NCBI GenBank assembly: GCA_002269645.1
Contig: NIVC01000339.1
Span: 1 to 64,000 of the forward strand
DNA from: Macrostomum lignano
Taxonomy: Eukaryota
Length of the DNA: 64,000 bases
Reading direction: 5' to 3'
Shown piece after piece: positions 23,005-36,880 of the stretch. The notes under the pieces were generated by a model. It was not told the origin of the DNA. It saw only the letters and a list, made by a program, of their open reading frames with translations, and made no database searches. The translations under genes were made by a program, and so were the position numbers. Positions within the stretch are counted from its first letter, which is position 1, and the number at the start of each line of letters is the position of its first letter.

Positions 23005-23655
23005 TTCTCTCCATTCCTCAATCTTCTCATCCTCTTTTTCTTTTCTCTCTCATCCCTTATCCCTTCTCTCTTTCCTCTCCTCTCCTATCTCTTCTGTCTC
23101 CTCTCTACATTCTTATCTCTCCTCTCGTCTCTCTCCATTCCACTCTACTCTCTCATCTTATCTTCCCTCTCGTCTCTCTCCACTCTACTCTCTCATCTTA
23201 TCTCTCCTCTCTTTTCTACTCTCTCATCTCTCCTCTCTTCACTCTCCTCTCATCTCCTCTTTATCCTCTCTTCTCTCATCTACTCTCTCCTCTTTCCTCT
23301 TTCCTCTCTTCTGATCTCATCCATCATCTTTTCTTTCCTCTTTCCTCTCATCTCCTCTTCTCTCTCATCTCTTTTTCCTCCCTCAGCTTTTCTCTCCTCT
23401 TCTATCTTTTCTCCCATCGCATCGCTCGCCTCTCCTCTGTTTGCTTATCTCTAATCTTCTATTCCCTCTACTTTGAAGTAAGAAAATATGCACATATTTT
23501 TGCTGAAGATAAGAGAAGAGAAGAGGGCATTGAGGAGAAAGGGTAGAGAGAAAGGGGGAGAAGAGAGGAGACTAAAAATGAGACGAGAGAGAAGAGGGAA
23601 AAGGGGGAGAGAGAGAAGAGGGGAGGCAAGGTAGAGAAGAAGAGAGAGATGAGAG
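23005..23655. repeat. Pyrimidine-rich (CT) tract followed by purine-rich (GA) tract
   Basis: CT low complexity at ~23005-23465 and GA low complexity at ~23510-23655. Confidence 0.9.
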
Positions 23656-23699
23656 TTGAAGATACACCAACCTTGCTGGTTAGGAAGTTTCAAAGAACC

Positions 23700-23754
23700 C
23701 GAGGGGCGAGGGCCAGATAGAGGGGCTTCGCGAGCCGGAGTTTGCCAACCCCTG
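23700..23754 (-). mobile_element. Solo hAT (Charlie/MER58-like) terminus nested in the larger hAT element
   Basis: Reverse strand reads CAGGGGTTGGCAAACTCCGGCTCGCG, resembling recalled hAT-Charlie ends; no partner TIR found. Confidence 0.45.
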
Positions 23755-23929
23755 CTCCAGAGTTTAAGAAATCAATGGGAAACTGTTGACGCGGGCTTCT
23801 GATTTCAAAGATCTTGTCTGTGGTTGAAGACTTCTATTCTGTTTTTGCTCTCTTGCCACACTTGCACCTACTACCCCCTGATTGCCTCTGATTGTGACTT
23901 ACTTCCCTCTTATTGCGACTTAGTTGCTT

Positions 23930-25517
23930 CTTTTTGCGACTTACCTAATCCTTTTTGCGACTTACCTAACCCTTTTGCGACTTACCTAATCCTTTTGCGA
24001 CTTACCTAATCCTTTTGCGACTTAGCTGATCCTTTTGCGACTTACCTGATTCTTTTTGCGACTTACCTAATCCTTTTTGCGACTTACCTAATCCTTTTGC
24101 GACTTACCTAACCCTTTTGCGACTTACCTAATCCTTTTGCGACTTACCTAACCCTTTTGCGACTTACCTAATCCTTTTGCGACTTACCTAATCCTTTTGC
24201 GACTTACCTAACCCTTTTGCGACTTACCTAATCCTTTTGCGACTTACCTAACCCTTTTGCGACTTACCTAATCCTTTTGCGACTTACCTGATTCTTTTTG
24301 CGACTTACCTAATCCTTTTTGCGACTTACCTAACCCTTTTGCGACTTACCTAATCCTTTTTGCGACTTACCTAATCCTTTTTGCGACTTACCTAATCCTT
24401 TTGCGACTTACCTGATCCTTTTGCGACTTAGTTTGCTTCTTTTGCGACTTACCTGATCCTTTTTGCGACTTACCTGATTATTTTTACAACTTACCTGATC
24501 CTTTTTGCGACTTACCTAACCCTTTTGCGACTTACCTAATCCTTTTTGCGACTTACCTAATCCTTTTGCGACTTAGCTGATCCTTTTGCGACTTAGTTTG
24601 CTTCTTTTGCGACTTACCTGATTCTTTTTGCGACTTACCTGATCCTTTTTGCGACTTACCTGATCCTTTTTGCGACTTACCTAACCCTTTTGCGACTTAC
24701 CTAACCCTTTTGCGACTTACCTAATCCTTTTGCGACTTACCTAATCCTTTTGCGACTTACCTAACCCTTTTGCGACTTACCTAATCCTTTTGCGACTTAC
24801 CTAACCCTTTTGCGACTTACCTAATCCTTTTGCGACTTACCTGATTCTTTTTGCGACTTACCTAATTCTTTTTGCGACTTACCTAACCCTTTTGCGACTT
24901 ACCTAATCCTTTTTGCGACTTACCTAATCCTTTTTGCGACTTACCTAATCCTTTGCGACTTAGCTGATCCTTTTGCGACTTAGTTTGCTTCTTTTGCGAC
25001 TTACCAGATCCTTTTTGCGACTTACCTGATTATTTTTACAACTTACCTGATCCTTTTTGCGACTTACCTAACCCTTTTGCGACTTACCTAATCCTTTTTG
25101 CGACTTACCTAATCCTTTTGCGACTTAGCTGATCCTTTTGCGACTTAGTTTGCTTCTTTTGCGACTTACCTGATTCTTTTTGTGACTTACCTGATCCTTT
25201 TTGCGACTTACCTGATCCTTTTTGCGACTTACCTAACCCTTTTGCGACTTACCTAACCCTTTTGCGACTTACCTAATCCTTTTGCGACTTACCTAACCCT
25301 TTTGCGACTTACCTGATCCTTTTTGCGACTTAGTTTGCTTCTTTTGCGACTTAGTTTGCTTCTTTTGCGACTTAGTTTGCTTCTTTTGCGACTTACCTGA
25401 TTCCTGTTGCGACTTACCTGATCCTTTTTGCGACTTAGTTTGCTTCTTTTGCGACTTACCTGATCCTTTTTGCGACTTACCTGATTATTTTTACAACTTA
25501 GTTTGCTTCTTTTGCGA
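23930..25517. repeat. 21-22-bp minisatellite (TTTTGCGACTTACCTAATCC) inside the hAT element
   Basis: About 70 tandem copies with variant blocks; the core matches the element's subterminal GCGACTTA motif. Confidence 0.97.
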
Positions 25518-25696
25518 ATTGTTTTTCTTTTGCTTCACCATTTTCCCTGAACTGCTCTTTCTTTCGCTTTCCTCTTGCCTTTCTTGGTTCTTGTGTTTTT
25601 CTGTTTTTGGTTGACTCAATTTTGCGACTTACCCCTGGTCAGCCACGATTTACGGTGGCCGGATCGGCCAGGTCGGCCAGCAGTTGCGCATGTATG

Positions 25697-26627
25697 CTTC
25701 AGATCTGATTAAGCACTGCAGATCTGATTCAGCACACTGCAGATCTGACTCAGCACACTACAGATCTGATTCAGCACAGTGTAGATGTGATTCAGCACAC
25801 TGCAGATTTGACTCAGCACACTACAGATGATTCAGCACACTGCAGATGATTCAGCACAGTGTAGATGTGATTCAGCACTCTGCAGATCTGATTCAGCACA
25901 CTACAGATGATTCAGCACACTGCAGATGATTCAGCACACTGCAGATCTGATTCAGCACACTGCAGATCTGACTCAGCACACTGCAGATCTGATTCAGCAC
26001 ACTGCAGATCTGATTCAGCACACTACAGATCTGATTCAGCACTCTGCAGATCTGATTCAGCACACTACAGATCTGATTCAGCACACTGCAGATCTGATTC
26101 AGCACACTGCAAATCTGATTCAGCACACTGAAGATCTGATTCAGCACACTGCAGATCTGATTCAGCACACTGAAGATCTGATTCAGCACTGCAGATCTGA
26201 TTCAGCACACTGCAGATCTGATTCAGCACACTACAAATCTGATTCAGCACACTACAGATCTGACTCAGCACACTGCAGATCTGATTCAGCACACTACAGA
26301 TCTGATTCAGCACACTGCATATCTGATTCAGCACACTACAGATCTGATTCAGCACACTGCAGATCTGATTCAGCACACTACAAATCTGATTCAGCACACT
26401 ACAGATCTGACTCAGCACACTGCAGATCTGATTCAGCACACTGCATATCTGATTCAGCACACTACAGATCTGATTCAGCACACTGCAGATCTGATTCAGC
26501 ACACTACAAATCTGATTCAGCACACTACAGATCTGACTCAGCACACTGCAGATCTGACTCAGCACACTACAGATCTGATTCAGCACACTGCAGATCTGAT
26601 TCAGAACTGCAGATCTGATTCAGCACC
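25697..26627. repeat. 21-bp minisatellite (CTGATTCAGCACACTGCAGAT), right part
   Basis: About 44 tandem copies. Confidence 0.97.
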
Positions 26628-27206
26628 GTGCAAATCTTATGCAGACCTTACCGCTGAAAAGAACCGAGTCAAAGTCTCAGATTCCAAACCAGATACTTCT
26701 ATGCAAAAACTCAGTCCATGCAAAGTGCCAACAAGTTGGTGAATTATATATTATTATTAATATTTACGCTTGCATCATCAAAAAAGAAAACTTAGCCAGT
26801 CACAAACCGACCGAAATAACAAAGAAAAACACATTTAAATTTAAAAGTACACGAGAAAAAATACAAGGGCATTGCAGAGGCCACCCTGTAAGATGGAGGG
26901 CCTCTATGCTAAAAAATTAATTTGCACATTACGAATTCCTACAAAGCGCATCAATCAGGACTGCTCAGCAATGTGTACAGGAGAATTGCTTTCAATCAGC
27001 TTGGGCGCAAAAAACATGATTAGAAATTTGCGCAAGTGTTAACTTGGCTACTAGCAGAAAGTAGTGTGGTTGGAGTAGTGCGCTCGTATAGGTAGGACAT
27101 GTATAACGGTAAATTAGTCATTTCTTAAATTTACGCGTATTAACGAGAATGAGAGAGATTACTTATAAAATAGACTGCTATATTCACCTACTTTTCTTGC
27201 TTCTTG

Positions 27207-27992
27207 TTGTCACTCCTAACCCAATCTGGGAGGATTGTGTCACTCCTAACCCAATCTGCAAGGATTGTGTCACTCCTAACCCAATCTGCAAGGATTGTGT
27301 CACTCCTAACCCAATCTGCAAGGATTGTGTCACTCCTAACCCAATCTGCAAGAATTGTGTCACTCCTAACCCAATCTGCAAAGATTGTGTCACTCCTAAC
27401 CCAATCTACAAAGATTGTGTCACTCCTAACCCAATCTGGGAGGATTGTGTCACTCCTAACCCAATCTGCAAAGATTGTGTCACTCCTAACCCAATCTACA
27501 AAGATTGTGTCACTCCTAACCCAATCTGGGAGGATTGTGTCATTCCTAACCTAATCTGCAAGGATTGTGTCACTCCTAACTCAATCTGCAAGGATTGTGT
27601 CACTCCTAACCCAATCTGCAAGGATTGTGTCACTCCTAACCCAATCTGCAAGGATTGTGTCACTCCTAACCCAATCTGCAAGGATTGTGTCACTCCTAAC
27701 CCAATCTGCAAGGATTGTGTCACTCCTAACCCAATCTGCAAAGATTGTGTCACTCCTAACCCAATCTGCAAGGATTGTGTCACTCCTAACCCAATCTGCA
27801 AGGATTGTGTCACTCCTAACCCAATCTGCAAAGATTGTGTCACTCCTAACCCAATCTGCAAGGATTGTGTCACTCCTAACCCAATCTGCAAAGATTGTGT
27901 CACTCCTAACCCAATCTGCAAGGATTGTGTCACTCCTAACCCAATCTGCAAAGATTGTGTCACTCCTAACCCAACCTGGGAGGATTGTGTCT
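27207..27992. repeat. 30-bp minisatellite (GTCACTCCTAACCCAATCTGCAAGGATTGT)
   Basis: About 26 tandem copies. Confidence 0.97.
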
Positions 27993-28506
27993 TTTAATCC
28001 ATTCTGAGAGGTTTGAGTCAGTCCTAGCCCATAGTGACAGATTGCAACAACCAAAGTAACGCGAATCTGTCATAATATTTCATACGCATGAATGCCATTC
28101 GGTTTCGCATAGAAGTATGGCAACAAAAAATCGAAGCGAGCAAGCACGGCAGACTACTATCAGTGCTATCACGACAACAAAAAAAGAAATTAAAGCGCAC
28201 TTCTGTACAGAAACCAATCGGTGTAAGCTGCGGAGATGGAGAAGAGAATAGGAGAGATTGACACAAATATTGCGCAGATGGCTACCAAAACATATATTGC
28301 TAACAGTAGGCTGATTAGAACATATTGCAAAACATCCTTCAAACTGCCGCACAGCCGACTTTTGGACATCAATAGAAGGCGCTACTCTCTCTCCCCCTCT
28401 CTCTGAAAGACTGCGCAGCCCCGACAAGCAGTTGGTAAGCAAGCTTGAACGCCGCATTATCAGTCTAGTCTAGGTCAAGATCGGGTTAGAATAAAGGCCA
28501 AAGCTC

Positions 28507-29466
28507 TCAGGAGTACTTCTGCACGTAGTTATAGGGGAAAACCCCCCGCCGGCCGTCCTGGGTCTGGCCGAGCCACCAGCTGTCGTCCTCCCTGCCCAGC
28601 ACGGTGATGATGTCGTTCTGACGGAACCGCAGCTCGTCCGGGTCCTGCGGATTGAAGTCGAACAGGGCGATGACCTGCTGGGGAATTGGGGCGGGGCCCG
28701 GGGCCGGCGCCGGCGAGGGCCCGCTGGAGTCGGTCACCATGTCCCGGAGCAGCATGGTCTGGTTGGTTTGGCTCACCGAGTGAGTCCGATGGTGCTGAAT
28801 GATTTTATTGATGCTGTCAAACTTGCTGTACCACAGGTAGTACTGGTTCCTCTCGTCTTTCAGCACCTGCGGGCAAGCGGGCCGATGGTTCAATTGCGTC
28901 AATCACAGCATATCTAGCCGAGTGCCAGCCAATCACAGCATATCTAGCCCAGTACCAGCCAATCACAGCATATCTAGCCCAGTGCTAGCCAATCACAGCA
29001 TATCTAGCCCAGTGCTAGCCAATCACAGCATATCTAGCCCAGTGCTAGCCAATCACAGTATCCCTAGCCCAGTACAGTTCCAGCTAATCGCAGCAACGGT
29101 AGCCCAGTCTCAGCTCACCTTAAAATGCTGCACCTGACCGCCGTACTTGACGCTCAGGCTGAAGTCGGGCGCGGTTGTCTCGCTAGTGCGCACTAGGAAG
29201 GCGCCGTCGGGCTGCACGTAGCCGCCCCGGGCGTCCCTCCGCAAGAGAATCTCCTCTGCTTTGGTGCGGCTGCAGTTAGGCACGTACCAGGAGTGCTCCT
29301 GCATCCGCACGTAGTTATTTGGAATGAGGCCGGTGACGCCATTAGCCTCAGCCAGGTACCAGCCGGGGTCCTCTTCCATGCTGAGAATTTTCAGCACCTG
29401 GTTTCGGGTGAACGGCAGCTCGTCCGGGTTGCCAGGATTGAAATCGTGCAGAGCCACAGCTTCCAT
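28507..29466 (-). CDS. GRB2: GRB2/drk/sem-5-like SH3-SH2-SH3 adaptor (235 aa)
   Basis: Exons 29466-29119 and 28866-28507, phase-0 GT..AG intron; MEAVALHDF (SH3), GAFLVRTSE..FSLSVKYGGQVQHFKVL (SH2), ALFDF..DELRF..WWLG..GVFPYNYV (SH3). Confidence 0.92.
28903..29075. repeat. 30-bp minisatellite in the GRB2 intron (AGCCAATCACAGCATATCTAGCCCAGTGCT)
   Basis: About 5-6 tandem copies. Confidence 0.9.
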
Positions 29467-29514
29467 GCCTTTGCTGCTGGCGAACAGGGCAACATAATTT
29501 GATACATTGAGAAG

Positions 29515-31365
29515 TTGGGACTGATTTGAGCACTGAGTAGCTAGTTGGGATCAATTTGAGCACTGACTAGCTACTTGGGATCAATTTGAGCAGAGTAGCT
29601 AGTTGGGATGAGTTTGAGCACTGACTAGCTACTTGGGATCAATTTGAGCAGAGTAGCTAGTTGGGATGAGTTTGAGCACTGACTAGCTACTTGGGATCAA
29701 TTTGAGCACTTGTTAGCTATTTGAGCACTGACTAGCTATTTGGGATCAATTTGAGCACTTGTTAGCTATTTGAGCACTGACAAGCTAGTTGGGATCAATT
29801 TGAGCACTTGTTAGCTATTTGAGCACTGACTAGCTATTTGGGATCAATTTGAGCACTTGTTAGCTATTTGAGCACTGAGTAGCTAGTTGGGATCAATTTG
29901 AGCACTGAAGCTAGTTGGGATCAATTTGAGCAGAGTAGCTAGTTGGGATGAGTTTGAGCACTGACTAGCTACTTGGGATCAATTTGAGCAGAGTAGCTAG
30001 TTGGGATGAGTTTGAGCACTGACTAGCTACTTGGGATCAATTTGAGCAGAGTAGCTAGTTGGGATGAGTTTGAGCACTGACTAGCTACTTGGGATCAATT
30101 TGAGCACTTGTTAGCTATTTGAGCACTGACTAGCTATTTGGGATCAATTTGAGCACTTGTTAGCTATTTGGGATCAATTTGAGCACTTGTTAGCTATTTG
30201 AGCACTGACTAGCTATTTGGGATCAATTTGAGCACTTGTTAGCTATTTGAGCACTGACAAGCTAGTTGGGATCAATTTGAGCACTTGTTAGCTATTTGAG
30301 CACTGACTAGCTATTTGGGATCAATTTGAGCACTTGTTAGCTATTTGAGCACTGAGTAGCTAGTTGGGATCAATTTGAGCACTGAGTAGCTAGTTGGGAT
30401 CAATTTGAGCACTGACTAGCCAGTTGGGATCAATTTGAGCACTGACTAGCTAGTTGGGATCAATTTGAGCAGAGTAGCTAGTTGGAATGAGTTTGAGCAC
30501 TGACTAGCTACTTGGGATCAATTTGAGCACTTGTTAGCTATTTGAGCACTGACTAGCTATTTGGGATCAATTTGAGCACTTGTTAGCTATTTGAGCACTG
30601 ACTAGCTAGTTGGGATCAATTTGAGCACTTGTTAGCTATTTGAGCACTGACTAGCTATTTGGGATCAATTTGAACACTTGTTAGCTATTTGAGCACTGAC
30701 TAGCTATTTCGGATCAATTTGAGCATTTGTTAGCTATTTGAGCACTGACTAGCTATTTGGGATCAATTTGAGCACTTGTTAGATATTTGAGCACTGACTA
30801 GCTATTTGGGATCAATTTGAGCACTTGTTAGCTATTTGAGCACTGACTAGCTATTTGGGATCAATTTGAGCACTTGTTAGCTATTTGAGCACTGACTAGC
30901 CAGTTGGGATCGACTTGAGCACTGGTTAGCTAGTTGGGATCGATTTAAGTACTGAATAGCTAGTTGGGATCAATTTGAGCACTGACTAGCTACTTAGGAT
31001 CAAGTTGAGCACTGACTAGCTACTTGGGATCAATTTGAGCACTGACTAGCTACTTGGGATCAATTTGAGCACTGACTAGCTACTTGGGATCAATTTGAGC
31101 ACTACTAGCTACTTGGGATCAATTTGAGCACTGACTAGCTACTTGGGATCAATTTGAGCACTGACTAGCTAGTTGGGATCAATTTGAGCACTTGTTAGCT
31201 ATTTGAGCACTGACTAGCTACTTGGGATCAATTTGAGCACTGACTAGCTAGTTGGGATCAATTTGAGCACTGACTAGCTACTTGGGATCAATTTGAGCAC
31301 TGACTAGCTACTTGGGATCAATTTGAGCACTGACTAGCTACTTGGGATCAATTTGAGCACTAGTA
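29515..31365. repeat. ~30-bp minisatellite with 19-bp sub-variant (GAGCACTGACTAGCTACTTGGGATCAATTT), just 5' of the GRB2 start
   Basis: Long tandem array with a 30+19-bp higher-order block in the middle. Confidence 0.97.
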
Positions 31366-32962
31366 CTAGTATCTTAAAAGATGAATGCAGTAAAAAAATA
31401 AGTAGACACGAAAGCAACAGACACGTGAAATAGTAGGATGCATCGCACGGCAGACAGACAGACAATATGTGTGGTGTTATATTTAGCATGCTCATTCATC
31501 GCCAATGGGACGCTGCCGCATAAATATGCATAATTTCATGTATTATGTTCGTATAGCAAATATTCCTCACTCCAGTTAAGCAGATAAATGCTTACGAAAA
31601 CAAATACACGGAGCGGGCCATCGGGTGCTGCTTGGGGATTTTGTCTTTAAAAAAGAAAGTGATAAACAACTCAAATGACGATTCAATATAACGATATAAT
31701 TATTAATAATAGCTTATTAATATTTGTCGGTTAACTTCAGCCTCCCACAGACTGCAAGACAGTAGGCTTTAACACAGAGTCTATAAAATTGCTAATAAAC
31801 AGACACAAACAGTGGCATTAGAAGGGAATGGCTAGCCCGGACGCGTTAGTCGCGCATTGTACTACTCGCTAGTAGCGAAACCGCCGCTATTTTTTCTAAT
31901 ATTAAAAAAACTGTTAGCAAAATTGCATTCCAATACGGCAGAGAATCTCAATATAAACCTGTAATGTCTTTACACACACGGGGCGCTACTGTATACAGGC
32001 AGCGGAGCTGGCGGCGCGCTTCACTCATTTACACGAAGCGCCGGCAGCAGCAAAGAAGAAAGAGAGAAACAAAGGAGCTGTTTTGGGGGGTTGGGGGGGG
32101 GAGGAGACGCCACGCGGACAGGTATAATACAAACCACATATATATAATATAAACACATCATACTAGAGCAGCATTTATACATATAAAGCAATTCTTGTTT
32201 TGGTTTTCTGCAACAAAAAATTGAGAGAAAAAAGAGAAGAAGATCGAAGTAAAAACTGCGGGAACAAAAGCTTAGTATTTGCTAGTTTTACTTATTTATA
32301 CGAAACAACAGAAATACGGGGGTGACATCAATTAATCGATGAAATCAAATCGATCAGTTGAGAATGAGTGACACGCGGACTAAACATCGGTCTGGGGCGC
32401 GGGCATCGGGCCAGCTGCCCAGCTTGATAACACAGAAGGCGCGCGGGGACCAGAAGAAGGCAATGAGAGAGTGGCTAAGCAAGAGTGTAGCGAATATATG
32501 TTTATTACTGTTATCACCTATAGAATTAGTAAATTATTTCACCCAAGCTCTCGGTGGCTCTGTTCAGATCTTATTCTGCACTACTAAGTATGCTTGCAGT
32601 ATTCTGTCTATTGTCAAAATAAACTCAAAAAATGTTAAGCTTGAATATACTCGCACTTTACATAATATACTACTTTTGACAATAAATTGAAGTAGAAAAA
32701 TCGGGTTCTTATTACGATTTGTATTATAAATTAAAAAAAAATTAAATTACACAAGAAAAATCTGATAAATGATTTCTCGATTTGAGGGTTCATATTGTAC
32801 TATTTAGCATTACTCACGAGTACATATGCACAGATACATGGCCGCACAGCTCGTCATCTCACAATACAGGCCCCAACTCCGCTTGCTTTTCAACAGCTAT
32901 TCATTACTTTGCATGGGGAGGTGGCGTGGCCGCTGGGTGCAGGGGAGGTTGACGCGGCGCTC

Positions 32963-35900
32963 TCACGAGGTGCCGCCCGCCCCGCTGCTGCCAACAAAGC
33001 CGCTGCCGGACCCGACGCCGCCCACAACTCCGCTGCTGCCGGCTCCGCCGACGCTGGCACCGCTGGCGGCTCCGGGCACGGCGGCGCCCAGGGTGGTGCC
33101 AACGCTGACGTGATGGTCGGGATAGTTGCAAGGCGACTGGTCAATCTGGTCGTAATAGATTGTCAGCGACTTCTGCTGGCGAGTCCAGGTCTTCGTGTCC
33201 CAGTAGTAATAGAATCCGCGCTCGCCCTGCGGCGCCGGGATCTTCTCAACATTCTGCTGGCAGCGGGTCACCCACAGCTTCTCGCTCTTGATCCAGCGCC
33301 ACTCGCGCCTGTGCAGCTCCTTGGCGGCGCTGAGCTGCAGGTGGTCGCAGGTGCAGTTGTAGAACAGCCAGAACAGCGTCTCGAACTGAAGCTGGTCGAG
33401 CGGAGGCGGCGGCAATTTTTCGCGAATCTGACTGCCAACCAGGTACTCCTGTGGCACCGGATAGTCGATGTACTGCGGCTTGGCTAGGCACTGCTCAGCC
33501 CACGGAGAGCCCAGGCAGGAGTAGATTTCGCTGGGCAAATGCGGGCACAGGGTTCGGAGCATAATGCAGTGTGGTTGAGCATACTGACTAACAAGTAACT
33601 GAATGCGATTGGATATAGAGCGAATTCGGGCATCTGGGTCACCGATTTGGGTATCCGGGTCACTGATTTGGGCATCTGGGTCACCGATTTGGGCATCTGG
33701 GTCACGGATTTGGGTATCTGGGTCACCGATTTGGGCATCTGGGTCACGGATTTAGGTATCTGGGTCACCGATTTGGGCATCTGGGTCACCGATTTGGGCA
33801 TCTGGGTCACGGATTTAGGTATCTGGGTCACCGATTTGGGCATCTGGGTCACCGATTTGGGCATCTGGGTCACCGATTTGGGCATCTGGGTCACTGATTT
33901 GGGCATCTGGATCACTGACTTGGGCATCTGGGTCACCGATTTGGGCATCTGGGTCACCGATTTGGGCATCTGGGTCACCGATTTGGGCATCTGGGTCACC
34001 GATTTGGGCATCTGGGTCACCGATTTGGGCATCTGGGTCACTGATTTGGGCATCTGGGTCACCGATTTGGGCATCTGGGTCACCGATTTGGGCATCTGGG
34101 TCACCGATTTGGGCATCTGGGTCACCGATTTGGGAATCTGGGTCACCGACTTGGGCATCTGGGTCACCGATTTGGGCATCTGGGTCACCGATTTGGGCAT
34201 CTGGGTCACCGATTTGGGTATCCAGATCACTGATTTAGGCATCTGGGTCACTGATTTGGGTGGGTATCTGGGTTACCGATTTGGTTATCTGGGTTACCGA
34301 TTTGGGTATCTGGGTTACCGATTCGGGTGGGTATCTGGGTTACCGATTTGGATCTGGGTCACCGATTTGGATATCTGGGTCACCCATTCGGGTATCTGGG
34401 TTACCGATTTGGTTATCTGGGTCACCCATTCGGGTATCTGGGTTACCGATTTGGTTATCTGGGTCACCGATTTGGGTATCAGGGTCACCGATTCGGGTAT
34501 CTGGGTTACCGATTTGGGTATCTGGGTTACTGATTTGGGTATCTGGGTTACCGATTTGGGTGGGTATCTGGGTTACCGATTTGGTTATCTGGGTCACCGA
34601 TTTGGGTATCGGGGTCACCGATTCGGGTATCTGGGTTACCAATTTGGGTATCTGGGTTACTGATTTGGGTATCCGGTCACCGATTTGAGTATTCAGGTCA
34701 CCGATTCGGGTATCCGGTCACCGAGTTGGGTATTCAGGTCACCGATTCGGGTATCCGGTCACCGATTTGGGTATCGGGGTCACCGATTCGGGTATCTGGG
34801 TCACCGATTTGGGTACCCAGGTCTCCGATTTGGGTATCCGGGTCACCAATATGCTTTTCAAAGTTATTGATTTGGGTATCGGGGTCACCGATTTGGGTAT
34901 CCTGTCACCGATTTGGGTATTCAGGTCACCGATTCGGGTATCCGGTCACCGAGTTGGGTATTCAGGTCACCGATTCGGGTATCCGGTCTCCGATTTGGGT
35001 ATCCGGGTCACCAATATTCTTTTCAAAGTTATTGATTTGGGTATCGGGGTCATGGATTTAGTATCGGCAGGGTGACTGCTGAAAGCCAAAACCATAGACT
35101 TACGAAGTATTATTCAGCGGCAAGCCCAAAGAGTTGAGGTCGATGCCGGGCGCTATGATAACAAAGTTGGGATTCTCGTCTCCCACTTTTATTAGCGACA
35201 ACAGGCCGATCATGCCGAACTGGTCCCGAACCATGCTCGCCGGGACGCCAGTAATGGAGCCGTTCTGGTGGTACACCACTGTGCTGCGACCCAGCGGTGT
35301 CATGGGGTCCGCTGAGCCGGGCAGACCCGCCGAAGCCGCCGCTGCAGCGGCCGTCCCGCCGTCGGCAACGCTGCCGCCTGTCCCGGACACGCCAGCCGTC
35401 GCTAATGATGCTGAGTTCGGCGGCATGGCGACAGACGATGAGGCTGCAACGGAGCCAGGCGCGGCGGAAGTGGCCGGCTGAGTGCCCGGCAAAGCGGGGA
35501 AATCCTCCTGCTGGATGCTGAACTCCTCGGGTGCTTTGCTAGCCGCGGAAACGAAGTTAATGCGGCCGGACACTCCGGCCGAGGCTGGCCGGCCAAGCAT
35601 GGGAAACTCGGACGGGTCGGGTAGCCGCTTCTGCCCGACAGGGGCCTGCAGCATCAAGCCGGGGATGCTCCGCGCTTGGCTGCCACCGCTGCCGCTGGCC
35701 AAGCCGAGGCCGCTTCCGGGCGGGACGCCGGATGCCAGACGGCCGCTGCCGACGCCGACAATCCCGACGCCGCTGCCGCCGGCGCCTTGTAGCTTGCCCG
35801 AGGCGCTGATCTGGCGCGAATAAGTCGCCATGGACGAGGCTGGCGAGCCAACGGACGACAGCAGGCCGTCGCTGAAGTCTGCTGACGAATGGTCGAATAG

Positions 35901-36880
35901 CTTACTGGCGCGCTGCTGGTCCGGCTGCGAGGACGGGCCCGGCGCTCCCAGCTGCTGGGGGAACAGGCCGGAGTTCGGCTGCTTGCCCACTGCCGAGTTC
36001 AGTGGCATGGAGGATTGAAACCCTGCACCAATTATTCCGCCGCCGCCACCGCTGCTCGAGGACGGCACTGGGCTGGTGTTGCGCATCAGGCCGGGGAAGC
36101 CGCCGCCATCTGGCGACCAGCCGTATTGGTCCGTGTTGCTGAAGGCTCTGGGGACGGGGATGGGCGATTAGGAGATATACTACTGATACAGTAGCTTATA
36201 AATGATAATCCAGAGATACTACTGATACAGTAGCTTATAAATGATAATCCAGAGATACTACTGATACAGTAGCTTATAAATGATAATGTAGCGATACTAC
36301 TGATACAGTAGCTTATAAATGATAATCCAGAGATACTACTGATACAGTAGCTTATAAATGATAATCCAGAGATACTACTGATACAGTAGCTTATAAATGA
36401 TAATGTAGCGATACTACTGATACAGTAGCTTATAAATGATAATGTAGCGATACTACTGATACAGTAGCTTATAAATGATAATCCAGAGATACTACTGATA
36501 CAGTAGCTTATAAATGATAATCTAGAGATACTACTGATACAGTAGCTTATAAATGATAATCCAGAGATACTACTGATACAGTAGCTTATAAATGATAATC
36601 TAGCGATACTACTGATACAGTAGCTTATAAATGATAATCCAGAGATACTACTGATACAGTAGCTTATAAATGATAATCCAGAGATACTACTGATACAGTA
36701 GCTTATAAATGATAATCCAGAGATACTACTGATACAGTAGCTTATAAATGATAATCCAGAGATACTACTTATACAGTAGCTTATAAATGATAATCTAAAG
36801 ATACTACTTATACAGTGGTTTAGTTATATCAGTTATACAGGTGGAAAAGTCAAGCGAACTCACGGTCCTAATCCTGCCAT
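32963..36880 (-). CDS. CNOT2: CCR4-NOT subunit 2 (Regena-like), 542 aa
   Basis: Exons 36880-36864 (MAGLG + phase 2), 36147-35104 and 33530-32963 total 1629 nt in frame; DQFGMIGLLSLI..GIDLNSLGLPLN, then NOT-box FETLFWLFY..AAKELHRREWRW. Confidence 0.9.
33610..35075. repeat. 21-bp minisatellite (GGTCACCGATTTGGGCATCTG) filling a CNOT2 intron
   Basis: Tandem array, homogeneous on the left and more degenerate on the right. Confidence 0.97.
36172..36815. repeat. 39-bp minisatellite (GATACTACTGATACAGTAGCTTATAAATGATAATCCAGA) filling a CNOT2 intron
   Basis: About 16 copies with period 39; internal mini-hairpin TACTG-ATA-CAGTA. Confidence 0.97.

Larger units (their letters stand above)
22422..25696. 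mobile_element. Non-autonomous hAT-type DNA transposon, 3275 bp
   Basis: Perfect 15-bp TIRs CATACATGCGCAACT (22422-22436 / 25682-25696); 8-bp TSD CTTCAGAT (22414-22421 / 25697-25704); subterminal GCTGGCCG and GCGACTTA motifs; no transposase ORF. Confidence 0.9.

Noticed and set aside
35092-35099. CCATAGAC at the CNOT2 intron edge as a recombinase site
   Set aside because: It overlaps the donor GTAAGT-CTATGG and is isolated from the YR cluster; likely chance.
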